DNA of 64,000 nucleotides from the NCBI GenBank assembly GCA_964402955.1, contig CAYOEZ010000001.1:35027-99026 (forward strand), in the 5' to 3' direction. The DNA comes from an uncultured Ktedonobacterales bacterium. Its GTDB lineage: Bacteria; Chloroflexota; DTOL01; DAOUCN01. Under the pieces are notes generated by a model. That model worked only from the letters and a program-made list of their open reading frames with translations. It was not told the DNA's origin and did no database searches. The translations under genes and the position numbers were made by a program. Positions 55,458 through 64,000 of this stretch are shown in pieces. The number at the start of each line of letters is the position of its first letter. The stretch's first letter is position 1.

Positions 55458-56057
55458 TTGTGGCAGCTCGACGGCAAATCAACAAGCCTCAGCCAGGTGT
55501 GGTCTCAACACTCCTACACAATTGAGGAGTTCGGGAGCTTCACCTGACCATATTGTGGGATGGCGGCGCCATCCATGAACGCCATTGCCGATCGCTATAG
55601 TGACCGGAATGTCGGCGCTGTTTTCATCTATACGCACGAGGCTCATCCCGGGGAGAACTACCCGCATCTGACCTCAATGGCACAGAAGTTGCGCCATGCC
55701 AGCGCATTGCGCGACATCCTTGGCGTAACGCGCCCCATTCTAGTGGACGCGCTCGATGGAGCGTGTCACCGAGCATACGGCTCAATGCCCAACATGACCT
55801 GGGTCTTCACGAACAACGGCGTCCCCGTCTACAAGTCAGACTGGACAGATGCTGCCAGTGTGGACAACGCGATCGAGTATCTCTTGAAGGTGACAGAGCG
55901 GAGACGGTCTGGAGAAGTGCTAGCTCCGTTTCATGTAGAGAGGCTTGATTTCCGCAACCACAGCCGGGCCGCTTTCTACAAGCGGCTGGAAGTGAAAGGG
56001 CCAAAGGCAGTGCGAGAGTTCCAGGCGGCATTTCCAGGCCCCAGAAGGGAGACCTGA
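55458..56057 (+). CDS. deiodinase-like thioredoxin-fold protein, probable selenoprotein (in-frame UGA at 55545-55547); 5' boundary unresolved
   Basis: The frame is open from 55215. Read-through gives APDFPLWQLDGKSTSLSQVW...EEFGSFT-U-PYCGMAAPSMNAIADRYSD...VFIYTHEAHP, paralogous to 13106-13831. No ATG or GTG with an RBS lies near the start of the homology region, so the TTG at 55458 is a placeholder. Confidence 0.55.
55558..55574 (+). promoter_or_regulatory. candidate bacterial SECIS hairpin
   Basis: Reads UGA, then 10 nt (CCAUAUUGUG), then GGAUGGC-GGC-GCCAUCC. This is a perfect 7-bp stem with a 3-nt G-initial loop. Spacing and size are identical to the hairpin at 13463-13479. Confidence 0.6.
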
Positions 56058-56150
56058 GTCTCTTGCTCTCGACGCAAGGTAAGACATGACCGCTACGTCG
56101 CATCCATAGAAGTGAAGGGCTCGACGATCATAGACGAAAGCAGGACAGAT

Positions 56151-56655
56151 ATGGCCAGCAAGGAAGCGAACGATCAGCACTTCGACTTGGTTGTGATAGG
56201 TAGCGGCTCAGCCGGTGATAGCGCGGCGTGGATTGCCCGTTCGTATGGACGGTCCGCTACCGTCATTGAGTGGGAAGGACAAGGTAGGGGGAGACTGCCC
56301 CAACTACGCTTGTGTGCCGACGAAGGCGCTCTTGCGCTCGGCGAAGGTCTACTCCCTTCTGAAACGGGCCGAAGAATTCGGTCTGCGTGCTGATGCCATC
56401 GGGTTTGACTGGGAGAAAATCGTCGCCCGAGAAGAGTGGATCATCCGCCACACCGGTTCGGCACAGGCCGAGAAAATGTATCAGGAAAACGGCATTGTGC
56501 TCTTGAGAGGTACGGCCGCATTTGAGGATGCCCATCACATCCGTGTCAACCGCCAGGTTCTGAGCGCCGACAGGATTATGATCGCCACAGGCTCAAAGCC
56601 CGGCATGCCCCGTATTGAAGGTATCGATACCGTCCAGCCGATCACCCATATATAA
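56151..56655 (+). pseudogene. pyridine nucleotide-disulfide oxidoreductase (dihydrolipoyl dehydrogenase/mercuric reductase-like) N-terminal fragment, frameshifted
   Basis: FAD motif FDLVVIGSGSAGD in one frame and the redox-active disulfide block GGDCPNYACVPTKALL in the next. The frameshift lies near 56268-56285. The fragment stops after about 165 aa, with no NAD or dimerisation domains. Confidence 0.7.
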
Positions 56656-57178
56656 ATGAACGAGCGTGTGATCGCCGCCATACGGCCGATAGCCTCGGCG
56701 GCCCAGGCGTACGCCAGAGTGATCACCACCACGAGGGCAGTCCCACCTTCACCAATCGGTAAGGCCGAGACTCTACGCACCAAGGGCGAAAAGATAGACA
56801 CGCCAATGATGACGGCTCCTGCCATGTAGAGGACAATCCACCCTCCATTCAATGCGTATTGCCCCAAGCCCGTGGCCGCTTCCATGACCGAAGGCCGCCA
56901 GAAGGACCGAGAGCAGGAGAACAACCAGGATATCATCGCTTGACTCAGGCGAACCATGCAGTTCCGCCCGCGGCAAGCACACCTGCAAGGAAGAAAAGGC
57001 TTGCACTGCTGCGTAGACCGAAACGCAGGAAAATGTGGGTGGGCACAACCGCACGATGGAGGAGTGACGGCAGCCAGTAGTCAGCGAGGGGATAGCCAAT
57101 AGACATGGGGGCCAATGGATTTGTCGCTGTGATCGTCAGCATGGAGGGTGCGCTGATGGTAGCCAGAGCGGCGAACAC
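56656..57178 (-). pseudogene. cation/proton antiporter-like membrane protein fragment with frameshifts
   Basis: Three minus-strand frames carry consecutive hydrophobic segments (IFLRFGLRSSASLFFLAGV; DDILVVLLLSVLLAAFGHGSGHGLG; GGWIVLYMAGAVIIGVSIFSP). The pattern resembles the N-terminal half of CPA-type antiporters. Family assignment is weak. Confidence 0.35.
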
Positions 57179-57330
57179 CGCCTCCCACTGAGGTAGGATC
57201 AGCCTAATGGTTGTCGGTGGTATATACCTGGTGTTAACCTTCGTTTACCTGCACATTCACCGCCCCGTGCTACAATTCAGTATCGCGTTCATGGTGAGAT
57301 CACGCACTACCCATCCTCAGCGGAGGCGTC

Positions 57331-59886
57331 ATGAGACAGCAGAGACGGATGTTCTATGTCGTGGCACTGCTTGGGGCGGCGCTTGCCCTTGTGTTGGGCG
57401 CCGCTTCTTTAACCCAAGCCGGCCAGGACCGCCCCAGCGCGCAGCTTGCGTCTGCTCCCTATGCAGGTGTCTACGTCGGCCGTGACTATCGTAACATCGA
57501 CCCCACCATCTACCCGGCTGTTGGTGGACAGTATATGTTCTCGTGGCGAGAGCTTGAGCCGCAGGAAGGGAACTACCAGTGGCAACTCATCGAACACTGG
57601 GTGCAGGCTGAGGCGCTGCAATCAGGTAAGCGTGCGGCATTTGCCCTCACGACATATAACGGGCGCATCGAAGGCGGCATTCAGGTTCCTGCCTGGGTTT
57701 ACGATCCCGGGCAGGGAGGCAACTCCCAGGCAGTCATCAGTTGCAGTGGGATACTGATTCCGCGCTACTGGAACCAGTACTATCTCACCAAGTACCAGAA
57801 CTTTGTACGGGCCCTGGGTGCACGGTTCAACGCCGATCCTCGCGTGACCTGGGTACAAATCGGCTCCGGGCTCTACGGCGAGACGCAGCCAGCCGACGAT
57901 CAGGATGACCAGTGTGTCAAGAACGCCTTGGCTGCCGACATCGGCTCCTCCGAACCTGCTATCCAAAGCAGCCAGTGGGTCACAACCGTCAACACCATAA
58001 CCGACTTCTACGTCTCGGCATTTCCCAGCACGACGCTCTTTCTCCAGTTTGCGCCGAGCTTCATCGATCCGTGCGAGCGCAAACGCGTCACCGACTATGC
58101 AGGGGCGCGCGCTGTGGGTCTTTTCAACGCTGGCCTCCTGGCTGACTTCAACAATGCCGTCTTCCCTCCTATGTCGAGGACAGCCGGCTGCGGGGCGTAT
58201 GAGCCCTATTTGACCTGGATGGGCCGCGTGCCGTTCGGGTGGGAATCCTATCGTTATTTGCTGCCCACGGCTACCCACGTCTATTGGGCGGTTTTCAACG
58301 CTCTGGACAAACATGCCGACTACATCAACTTCGAGCACGACTTGTTCCACGACAGCAGCGGCAATCCCATCCCAGACAACTTCCCCTACTTTGAGTTTGC
58401 TAATCGCTACCTGGGGCGAACAATTACTGATACACCGAGCGTGTGGGTTGCTCTGCGCGACCATCGGCAGGAAGCGCCTGGTAATCCCTACTGGCCGCAA
58501 TGGGGCAATTACAGCTACTGGCTCTACCAGGATGACAACGTGGCAGGTGGACGCACGGTTACGGAGACGAACGATTCCGCCGTCTATCTGCCCACCTACA
58601 ATCCTACCCTTCCTCCTGGCAAGGAGGGGTGGGTGACACGGCGAACCGACCAGGCTAGCGGCAATCCATCCATGTGGTTCAAGATCGATGATGGCTATAT
58701 CAACGGCAACAGCCCGTCAGCCGGGGTTCAGGTGACGTACTGGGACCATGGCACGGACACCTGGGCGCTCCTCTATGACTCAACGAGGGGGGAACAGGCC
58801 GCTGTGCCGCAAGGATCAAGCCAGCCCTGGGTTCAGAAGCAGAACAGCAACACCTGGAAGGTTGCATCGTTTGTCCTGAGCGATGGGCGACTGGCCAATG
58901 GACTGGCCGGCGGGAGTGACTTCCGCATTGACAGCCGCAATGACGGCGACGAATGGGTGCACTTTGTCAAGGTTATCAAGGGTGGTTTCCCCACACCGAC
59001 CCCCACACCGGTGTCGTATGACCAGGCCGTGAACGCCGGCGCATCGCTGCCGTACACAGATAGTCTGGGGATTGTTTGGGAGCGTGATCGGACGTACCTG
59101 GCCGGAAGCTGGGGCAACACCGGCGGGCGTGTTTACGTGACAGCTGCGCCGATCACTGGAACAGACGATGATGTTCTCTACCAGAGCCAACGTTTCCAAA
59201 TGCCGTCCTATCAGTTTGATGTGCCGCCTGGCGTGTACCGGGTTGATCTACGCTTTGCCGAAACGTTCTATGGTGTGCCCAATGACCGAGTCTTCAATGT
59301 CTACCTGGAGGGCCAGCCTGTTTTGATGAACTTCGACATCCTGGTTGCCGCGGGAGGGTGGTATACAGCGCTAGACCGCTCCTTCGATGTCACGGTGACA
59401 GACGGACGGCTTGACGTTACATTTGTTGATAAGAGACAGACTGCGACCATTGCTGGTCTGCGCGTGCGCGGGCTGTCCTCTACAGTCACAGCGACACCGA
59501 CATCCTCAGCGACTATGTTGTCAACCGCCACGCCATCGCAGACAGCGACTGCAACGCCTAGTGTGACGGCAACGGCATCAGGCACGCCAACGCAGACTGC
59601 AACAGTGACGCCTACCGCGAGTCCGAGCCCGGCAGCGACCGCTACCGCGACGCCAACAGCGACTACCTCGCCGACCATGACGGAAATACCTTCTGAATCG
59701 GCAACGCCGACCAGCACAGCAACGACAACTGGCGTATCAACGACCACGGCAACTGCCTCGCCAGAGGGAACCAACACATCGACGGCAACGGCTTCTACTC
59801 CAGCGAAGACAGCGACACCAACACCTACACCCACAGCGACCTGGATTACAATGTGGCTACCAATCATAGTCTGGGGGCATCAGTAA
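57331..59886 (+). CDS. secreted glycoside-hydrolase-like protein with malectin domain and Thr/Pro-rich C-terminal tail
   Basis: Signal peptide MFYVVALLGAALALVLGAASLTQAG. The N-terminal TIM-barrel-like region (FSWRELEPQEGNYQW) is of GH42/DUF4832 style. The malectin block is YTDSLGIVWERDRTYLAGSWG...DDDVLYQSQRF...YRVDLRFAE...RVFNVYLEG. About 130 aa of Thr/Ala/Pro tail follow, ending in a short hydrophobic segment. Confidence 0.8.
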   Translation: MRQQRRMFYVVALLGAALALVLGAASLTQAGQDRPSAQLASAPYAGVYVGRDYRNIDPTIYPAVGGQYMFSWRELEPQEGNYQWQLIEHWVQAEALQSGKRAAFALTTYNGRIEGGIQVPAWVYDPGQGGNSQAVISCSGILIPRYWNQYYLTKYQNFVRALGARFNADPRVTWVQIGSGLYGETQPADDQDDQCVKNALAADIGSSEPAIQSSQWVTTVNTITDFYVSAFPSTTLFLQFAPSFIDPCERKRVTDYAGARAVGLFNAGLLADFNNAVFPPMSRTAGCGAYEPYLTWMGRVPFGWESYRYLLPTATHVYWAVFNALDKHADYINFEHDLFHDSSGNPIPDNFPYFEFANRYLGRTITDTPSVWVALRDHRQEAPGNPYWPQWGNYSYWLYQDDNVAGGRTVTETNDSAVYLPTYNPTLPPGKEGWVTRRTDQASGNPSMWFKIDDGYINGNSPSAGVQVTYWDHGTDTWALLYDSTRGEQAAVPQGSSQPWVQKQNSNTWKVASFVLSDGRLANGLAGGSDFRIDSRNDGDEWVHFVKVIKGGFPTPTPTPVSYDQAVNAGASLPYTDSLGIVWERDRTYLAGSWGNTGGRVYVTAAPITGTDDDVLYQSQRFQMPSYQFDVPPGVYRVDLRFAETFYGVPNDRVFNVYLEGQPVLMNFDILVAAGGWYTALDRSFDVTVTDGRLDVTFVDKRQTATIAGLRVRGLSSTVTATPTSSATMLSTATPSQTATATPSVTATASGTPTQTATVTPTASPSPAATATATPTATTSPTMTEIPSESATPTSTATTTGVSTTTATASPEGTNTSTATASTPAKTATPTPTPTATWITMWLPIIVWGHQ

Positions 59887-59934
59887 AGAAAGAGAAGTAG
59901 GCAGCGCGGCCTGCACCTCATTCCCCGGCCCCTT

Positions 59935-59967
59935 CCCCACTCCTGCCACGGAGCAGCAGGAGTGGGG
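59935..59967 (+). terminator. GC-rich hairpin downstream of 57331-59886 (possible intrinsic terminator)
   Basis: CCCCACTCCTGC-(9 nt)-GCAGGAGTGGGG, a 12-bp perfect stem, lies 49 nt after the TAA stop. No U tract follows. Confidence 0.4.
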
Positions 59968-60153
59968 GGATATTGGCATCCATGCGGCAGCGACAGGATG
60001 ATGGCAGAGGGCGAGAATCGTACATGTCAAGGGGTAAGCTATGGTTAGTTGTGGACCCGGTATATGGGGGATGTCAGGCTGTTGCGGAGGAGACATTGCT
60101 CTCGTCGATCGTGTTCAGCAGTCACAGGCGCTGCCAAGTGAGGTTTCCCGAAC

Positions 60154-61074
60154 ATGATAGAACGACACGTACGACAACAGCGGCGTCTGTCCCTGCATGT
60201 GCACCCGCCTATTCTGGCCACGTGCATTGCGCTTGGGCTGATGGGCTGGATCTTAAGCGCATGTAGTCCGTCTCTGCAAACCCCAACGCCGCCGCCAGCG
60301 CCAACGATGACGCCCAGACCCACGTTCACGCCGCCGCCCTCGCGCACGCCCACCTCCGCGCAGTCGCCGAGGCCAACCAACGCGCCGCCAACGGCGTTGC
60401 CAGTCGATCCCACGCCGCAAGCTACTGCAACTGCGCAGCCCGCGCTGACAAACACTCCTGCACCAACGCGGCCGCCTGCTACTGTGCCCATGCCTGCGCC
60501 CACGTCCACAAAGGCCCCGCCGACGATGCCAGCCATGCCGCCAAGGCAGGGTGGCGACTGGGACATGGAGGCTGGCTTTTCGCAGTGGAAGAGCCCATAC
60601 GAGGAGTTTGTGGGGCACGTTGCCAACGGCTGGTCGCCTTTGAGCAAGGCCAATAACCCCGCAGCCGCGCCGCGCTTCAACGAGAATAAGTTTCCCCCCA
60701 ATATCCAGAGCGGGCAGCGTTCGCAGGAGATCAGTTTCGACTTCCGCAGCGGCGAGATGGGGCTCTGGCGCACGGAGGAGGTCGTACCAGGTCATCAATA
60801 CAGAGTGGAAGCCTGGGCCAAGTACGCGCCCAGCCCGAGCGGGCTTAGCCTCTTTCTGGGCATTGACCTGACGGGAGGTAACCAGTTCGAGGCGAGTACG
60901 GTCACGTGGTATCCCTGGCCGAACATGACGCCGAATCAGTGGATCGTCACTCGCCAGACCGTGCGCGTCGCCGCCGAGCGCATCACGGTGTTCTTGCGCG
61001 CCGTCCATCCCGTTGCCGAGCCAGGAGGCAATACGATGTTTGACAACGCCAGTCTACTTGACGAAGGCAGATAG
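60154..61074 (+). CDS. lipoprotein with Pro/Thr linker and C-terminal jelly-roll (CBM4_9-like) domain
   Basis: Lipobox GWILSAC, about 100 aa of Pro/Thr-rich linker, then about 170 aa of beta-rich sequence (GHQYRVEAWAKY...ITVFLRAVHP...GGNTMFDNASL) reminiscent of carbohydrate-binding modules. Confidence 0.65.
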   Translation: MIERHVRQQRRLSLHVHPPILATCIALGLMGWILSACSPSLQTPTPPPAPTMTPRPTFTPPPSRTPTSAQSPRPTNAPPTALPVDPTPQATATAQPALTNTPAPTRPPATVPMPAPTSTKAPPTMPAMPPRQGGDWDMEAGFSQWKSPYEEFVGHVANGWSPLSKANNPAAAPRFNENKFPPNIQSGQRSQEISFDFRSGEMGLWRTEEVVPGHQYRVEAWAKYAPSPSGLSLFLGIDLTGGNQFEASTVTWYPWPNMTPNQWIVTRQTVRVAAERITVFLRAVHPVAEPGGNTMFDNASLLDEGR

Positions 61075-61078
61075 TCGA

Positions 61079-61408
61079 ATGGTGCAGCCAATGAACGAGT
61101 CTTTCACATCTGCCTTGAGGGTCGACGAGTCTTGGCCGATTCAAACACTCTGGTCGCCTGGCAACGAAGGTTTCCAGGTTCATGTCCTTCTACGGAACGA
61201 GCGAAACACGTATCTAGACCACCTGCCGCTGCGTTATGATCAGTGGAGTCTGATACAATATTGCTGTCTAACTGTGGCACATCGAGGAGGAAACATGACG
61301 CTTTCTCATGCACGAGCGGGGGACTGGCTGCCGCTCCCTGTGCGTACGCACGATGTCTTGTGCGTGCTGGCCCCGACTGCTCTGCCTCCTGACTTCACTC
61401 CTGATTAG
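61079..61408 (+). CDS. hypothetical small protein
   Basis: The ATG at 61079 is 5 nt after the preceding stop. The ORF is 109 aa with no recognisable motifs. Support is positional only. Confidence 0.3.
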   Translation: MVQPMNESFTSALRVDESWPIQTLWSPGNEGFQVHVLLRNERNTYLDHLPLRYDQWSLIQYCCLTVAHRGGNMTLSHARAGDWLPLPVRTHDVLCVLAPTALPPDFTPD

Positions 61409-61591
61409 ACCGCCCGTCACCCGTCCTTACTTTTCTGCTTGAACATCCGGTTCTGGCAGCGATCGGCTTCCTCTTGGACACCTGAGCGCTATCTCGATCC
61501 CATCCGCGGTCGCGCCCTGCGCTCGGTCGGCGAGCTTCCTCGCCGGAATCGACAAACAATCGCACATTACTGATGAACGGGAGATAGTCAC

Positions 61592-64000
61592 ATGAGAACA
61601 CCGAGAAACAGATTTACACAACCAGCAACGCTCCTGATTGTTGCCATGCCGCTCTTGCTTGTGGCCCTTCTTGGACTACCGATGGCGCTCGCTGCAGAGC
61701 AGGAGACCGGGCAGAGCGGGCTGACGCAGTCTACCCTGGCCGCGGTCGCGCTGGCTTCGACGCAAACCCTGTCTTTCCAGGCGGGTGTGAGCCCCAACAG
61801 CAGCTACCGCATGTCTGACACATACGTTGGCAACTACGGCGATGAGCAATCCAACAACTACTGCGGCGCGACGACGATGAACCTGCGCAATAGCGACTAC
61901 CGGGCGGCGCTGCTCCATTTCCCGCTGACGGGTGCACCGGCCGGGGCAACCGTGGTTTCTGCGACGCTGAGCGTCTATGTCGACTTATCTAGCAACGTGG
62001 CCACTCTTGCTGTGGCCGCCTACGGGATGGCGCGGGAATGGGACCCCTGCTGGTCAAACTGGGTCAACGCCAACGCGACCCAGCGTTGGGGCGCCGCTGG
62101 CGCCAATAGTACGAGCAGCGATCGTTCTGGAATTGCCGAGGATGCCGTCATCATGACCACATCTGGCGTATGGTACACGCTCAACCTCACCAGATTAGTC
62201 CAGGAGTGGGTCTCCGATCCAGCTAGCAACAAAGGGTTGATCCTCAAGACGCTGACGGGCTCACATGTCCAGTACAACCTTCGCTCCGGCGACCATGCCA
62301 ATCTGGCCACGCGGCCGAAGCTGGATGTCGTCTATGTGGGAGCGGGAACGCCCACGCCAACGCCGCCGGTCCTCCCGCCAACGACCTACAGCCGCCGTGT
62401 CAACGCAGCCGGCCCCGCCTACACAGATGGGCGCGGCCAGGTCTGGCAGGCTGACCAGGCCTATGTCTCCGGAGGCTGGGGCTATGTCGATGGTAAGACG
62501 AGCGCCTCTACTGCAGCCATCGCCAACACCGACGATGACATCCTCTACCAGAGTGAGCGTTTTTGGACGGGAAGGGGCGCCTACGCGTTCACGGTTCCCA
62601 ATGGCGTCTACAGCGTCACCCTCAGGTTTGCTGAGTTGTACGTGACAGCTCCGGGCGAGCGCGTGTTCAATGTCAAACTGGAGGGCGCCACGGTTCTAGC
62701 CGCACTCGACATTTATAGCTGGGCAGGAGGCCGGTACGTTGCCTATGACCGGCAGTTCGCGGTAGCTGTCAGTAACGGCGTTTTGAACGTTGACTTCGAC
62801 TGGAACGCGCCCCAGATCTGCGCCATTGAGGTCGTGCCGCGCGGCGAAGTCGCGCCGCCGGCAACGTCGACCGTTACGCCCACACCGACAGTCACAGTGA
62901 CGCCTGGCGGTCCCACCTTCACGCCCACGGCCACGTCACAACCGTCCCTCACGCCGACTCCAACGCCGACGCATGCCTACCAGCGCCGGGTGAATAGCGG
63001 CGGTTCGAGCTACACTGACAGTCAGGGCCAACTGTGGCAGCCGGATCAACCCTACGCCGCCGGCAGTTGGGGTTACTCATTTAGCCACGTCTACAGCGTC
63101 GCCAACCCTATTGGCAACACGCTGGATGATCCGCTGTATCAGACCGAGCGCTTTTTCGAGCCCGCCGGCTACTACTACTTCACCGTGCCCAACGGCACGT
63201 ATCTTGTCACCCTCAAGTTCGCCGAGATCTACATCTCCACTCCCGACACACGTGTCTTCCGTGTCAGCCTGGAAGGACAGGTTGTCCTCCCTGCATTGGA
63301 CATAATAGCTACGGCGGGAGGACGTTTCGTTGCTCTTGACTACTCGTTCGTCGCCACCGTGAACGACGGCGTTTTGAACATAGACTTCCTGGCTTTGAAA
63401 GGAAATGCGGCCAAGGTCTCGGCGCTTGAGATCACAGGGCTTACCCTGGCGGCAACCGTCACACCGACGCCCTCCACCACCCACACGGTATCGCCCACAC
63501 CATCGTGGACAGCAACGCCCACAATCACACCGGGCGGCCCAACCATGACGCCCACGACAACACCAACCGTGACGTTGACACCTTCGCCAACGCCCACGGT
63601 GGTCTACCTGGTGCGGGCCAACCTTGGCGGGCCCGACTACGTGGATGGCGCGGGTAAGCTGTGGCAGAGCGATCGCGCCTACAGCTCGGGGAATTGGGGC
63701 TATACCGTGACCGGAGGGACGTACACGTCGGGCACAGGTATCGCCGACACAACCGACGACCCATTGTTCCAGAGCGAGCGCTACTGGGTCCAGAGCGGCG
63801 CCTACCGGTTCGATGTCCCCGTGACAGGTCTGTATGAAGTCAGTTTGCTGTTCTCAGAGAATGTGACGTCAATCTGGCAGGCAGGCCAACGCGTTTTCGA
63901 CATCCAAATGGAGGGCGTAAGCGCATTCCCTCAGTTTGACATCTACGGGCTTGCGCCGGGACGGTTTCGCGCTGTCATCGTCACGACAACGGTTATGGTC
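61592..64000 (+). CDS. secreted DNRLRE-domain protein with at least three tandem malectin domains (3' end outside window)
   Basis: The frame is open from ATG 61592 to the window end (803 codons, translated manually); it is absent from the track because no stop is present. Signal peptide LLIVAMPLLLVALLGLPMALA. The N-terminal block is SDTYV...RAALLHFPL...SATLSVYV...REWD...WSNW. Three repeats of Y.RRVN.GG..Y.D..G..W..D..Y..G.WGY...D.LYQSERF...VFN/R..LEG are separated by Thr/Pro linkers. Confidence 0.85.
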   Translation, partial: MRTPRNRFTQPATLLIVAMPLLLVALLGLPMALAAEQETGQSGLTQSTLAAVALASTQTLSFQAGVSPNSSYRMSDTYVGNYGDEQSNNYCGATTMNLRNSDYRAALLHFPLTGAPAGATVVSATLSVYVDLSSNVATLAVAAYGMAREWDPCWSNWVNANATQRWGAAGANSTSSDRSGIAEDAVIMTTSGVWYTLNLTRLVQEWVSDPASNKGLILKTLTGSHVQYNLRSGDHANLATRPKLDVVYVGAGTPTPTPPVLPPTTYSRRVNAAGPAYTDGRGQVWQADQAYVSGGWGYVDGKTSASTAAIANTDDDILYQSERFWTGRGAYAFTVPNGVYSVTLRFAELYVTAPGERVFNVKLEGATVLAALDIYSWAGGRYVAYDRQFAVAVSNGVLNVDFDWNAPQICAIEVVPRGEVAPPATSTVTPTPTVTVTPGGPTFTPTATSQPSLTPTPTPTHAYQRRVNSGGSSYTDSQGQLWQPDQPYAAGSWGYSFSHVYSVANPIGNTLDDPLYQTERFFEPAGYYYFTVPNGTYLVTLKFAEIYISTPDTRVFRVSLEGQVVLPALDIIATAGGRFVALDYSFVATVNDGVLNIDFLALKGNAAKVSALEITGLTLAATVTPTPSTTHTVSPTPSWTATPTITPGGPTMTPTTTPTVTLTPSPTPTVVYLVRANLGGPDYVDGAGKLWQSDRAYSSGNWGYTVTGGTYTSGTGIADTTDDPLFQSERYWVQSGAYRFDVPVTGLYEVSLLFSENVTSIWQAGQRVFDIQMEGVSAFPQFDIYGLAPGRFRAVIVTTTVMV

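Overview
High-GC bacterial chromosomal segment. Thr/Pro-rich linkers, malectin/LTD/DNRLRE secreted proteins and the gene content suggest a Chloroflexota-like organism, but that is inference only. I found no rRNA, tRNA or CRISPR array.

Layout:
- 0-13.9 kb: housekeeping and miscellaneous genes. These include a PK-C-like protein, a large LTD-domain membrane protein, an MFS transporter, a family-5 uracil-DNA glycosylase, an SDR, Gfo/Idh/MocA oxidoreductases, a small Gly-Gly-terminated ThiS/MoaD-like protein coupled to a 988-aa protein, a PfkB kinase and a type-1 copper protein.
- 14.2-14.7 kb: a decayed IS3-like remnant.
- 14.8-53.1 kb: a plus-strand catabolic island. It holds two GntR regulators, a PrpD-like/DapA-like/RidA operon, a sugar-type ABC importer, an ABC exporter, a B12-binding radical SAM protein, repeated modules of sugar-phosphate-isomerase-like TIM barrels with Gfo/Idh/MocA oxidoreductases, three URO-D/MtaA-like proteins, three MmgE/PrpD proteins in total, a TPP enzyme, alpha/beta hydrolases, and GH2 and GH95-like glycosidases.
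- 53.1-57.2 kb: a gene-decay zone containing at least four pseudogenes.
- 57.3-64 kb: secreted carbohydrate-binding or carbohydrate-active proteins with malectin domains.

Most notable observations:
1. Two paralogous deiodinase-like thioredoxin-fold genes each carry an in-frame TGA inside an FGSFT-U-P motif. In both, a perfect 17-nt hairpin follows exactly 10 nt downstream, so they are probable selenoproteins with bacterial SECIS elements. The ORF track splits both genes.
2. The Gly-Gly-terminated beta-grasp protein is translationally coupled to a giant DUF4132-like protein.
3. A 156-bp direct repeat (about 95% identical) brackets a GH2 cassette and a 180-bp MITE. The MITE has 16-bp terminal inverted repeats and 9-bp direct flanks.
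4. Two further inverted-repeat elements of about 172 bp are present.
5. The ABC substrate-binding gene has an in-frame TGA.

Several near-consensus sigma70-type promoters (TTGACA-like, 17-nt spacer, TATAAT-like) are visible. All family names come from motif recognition by eye, not from database searches.
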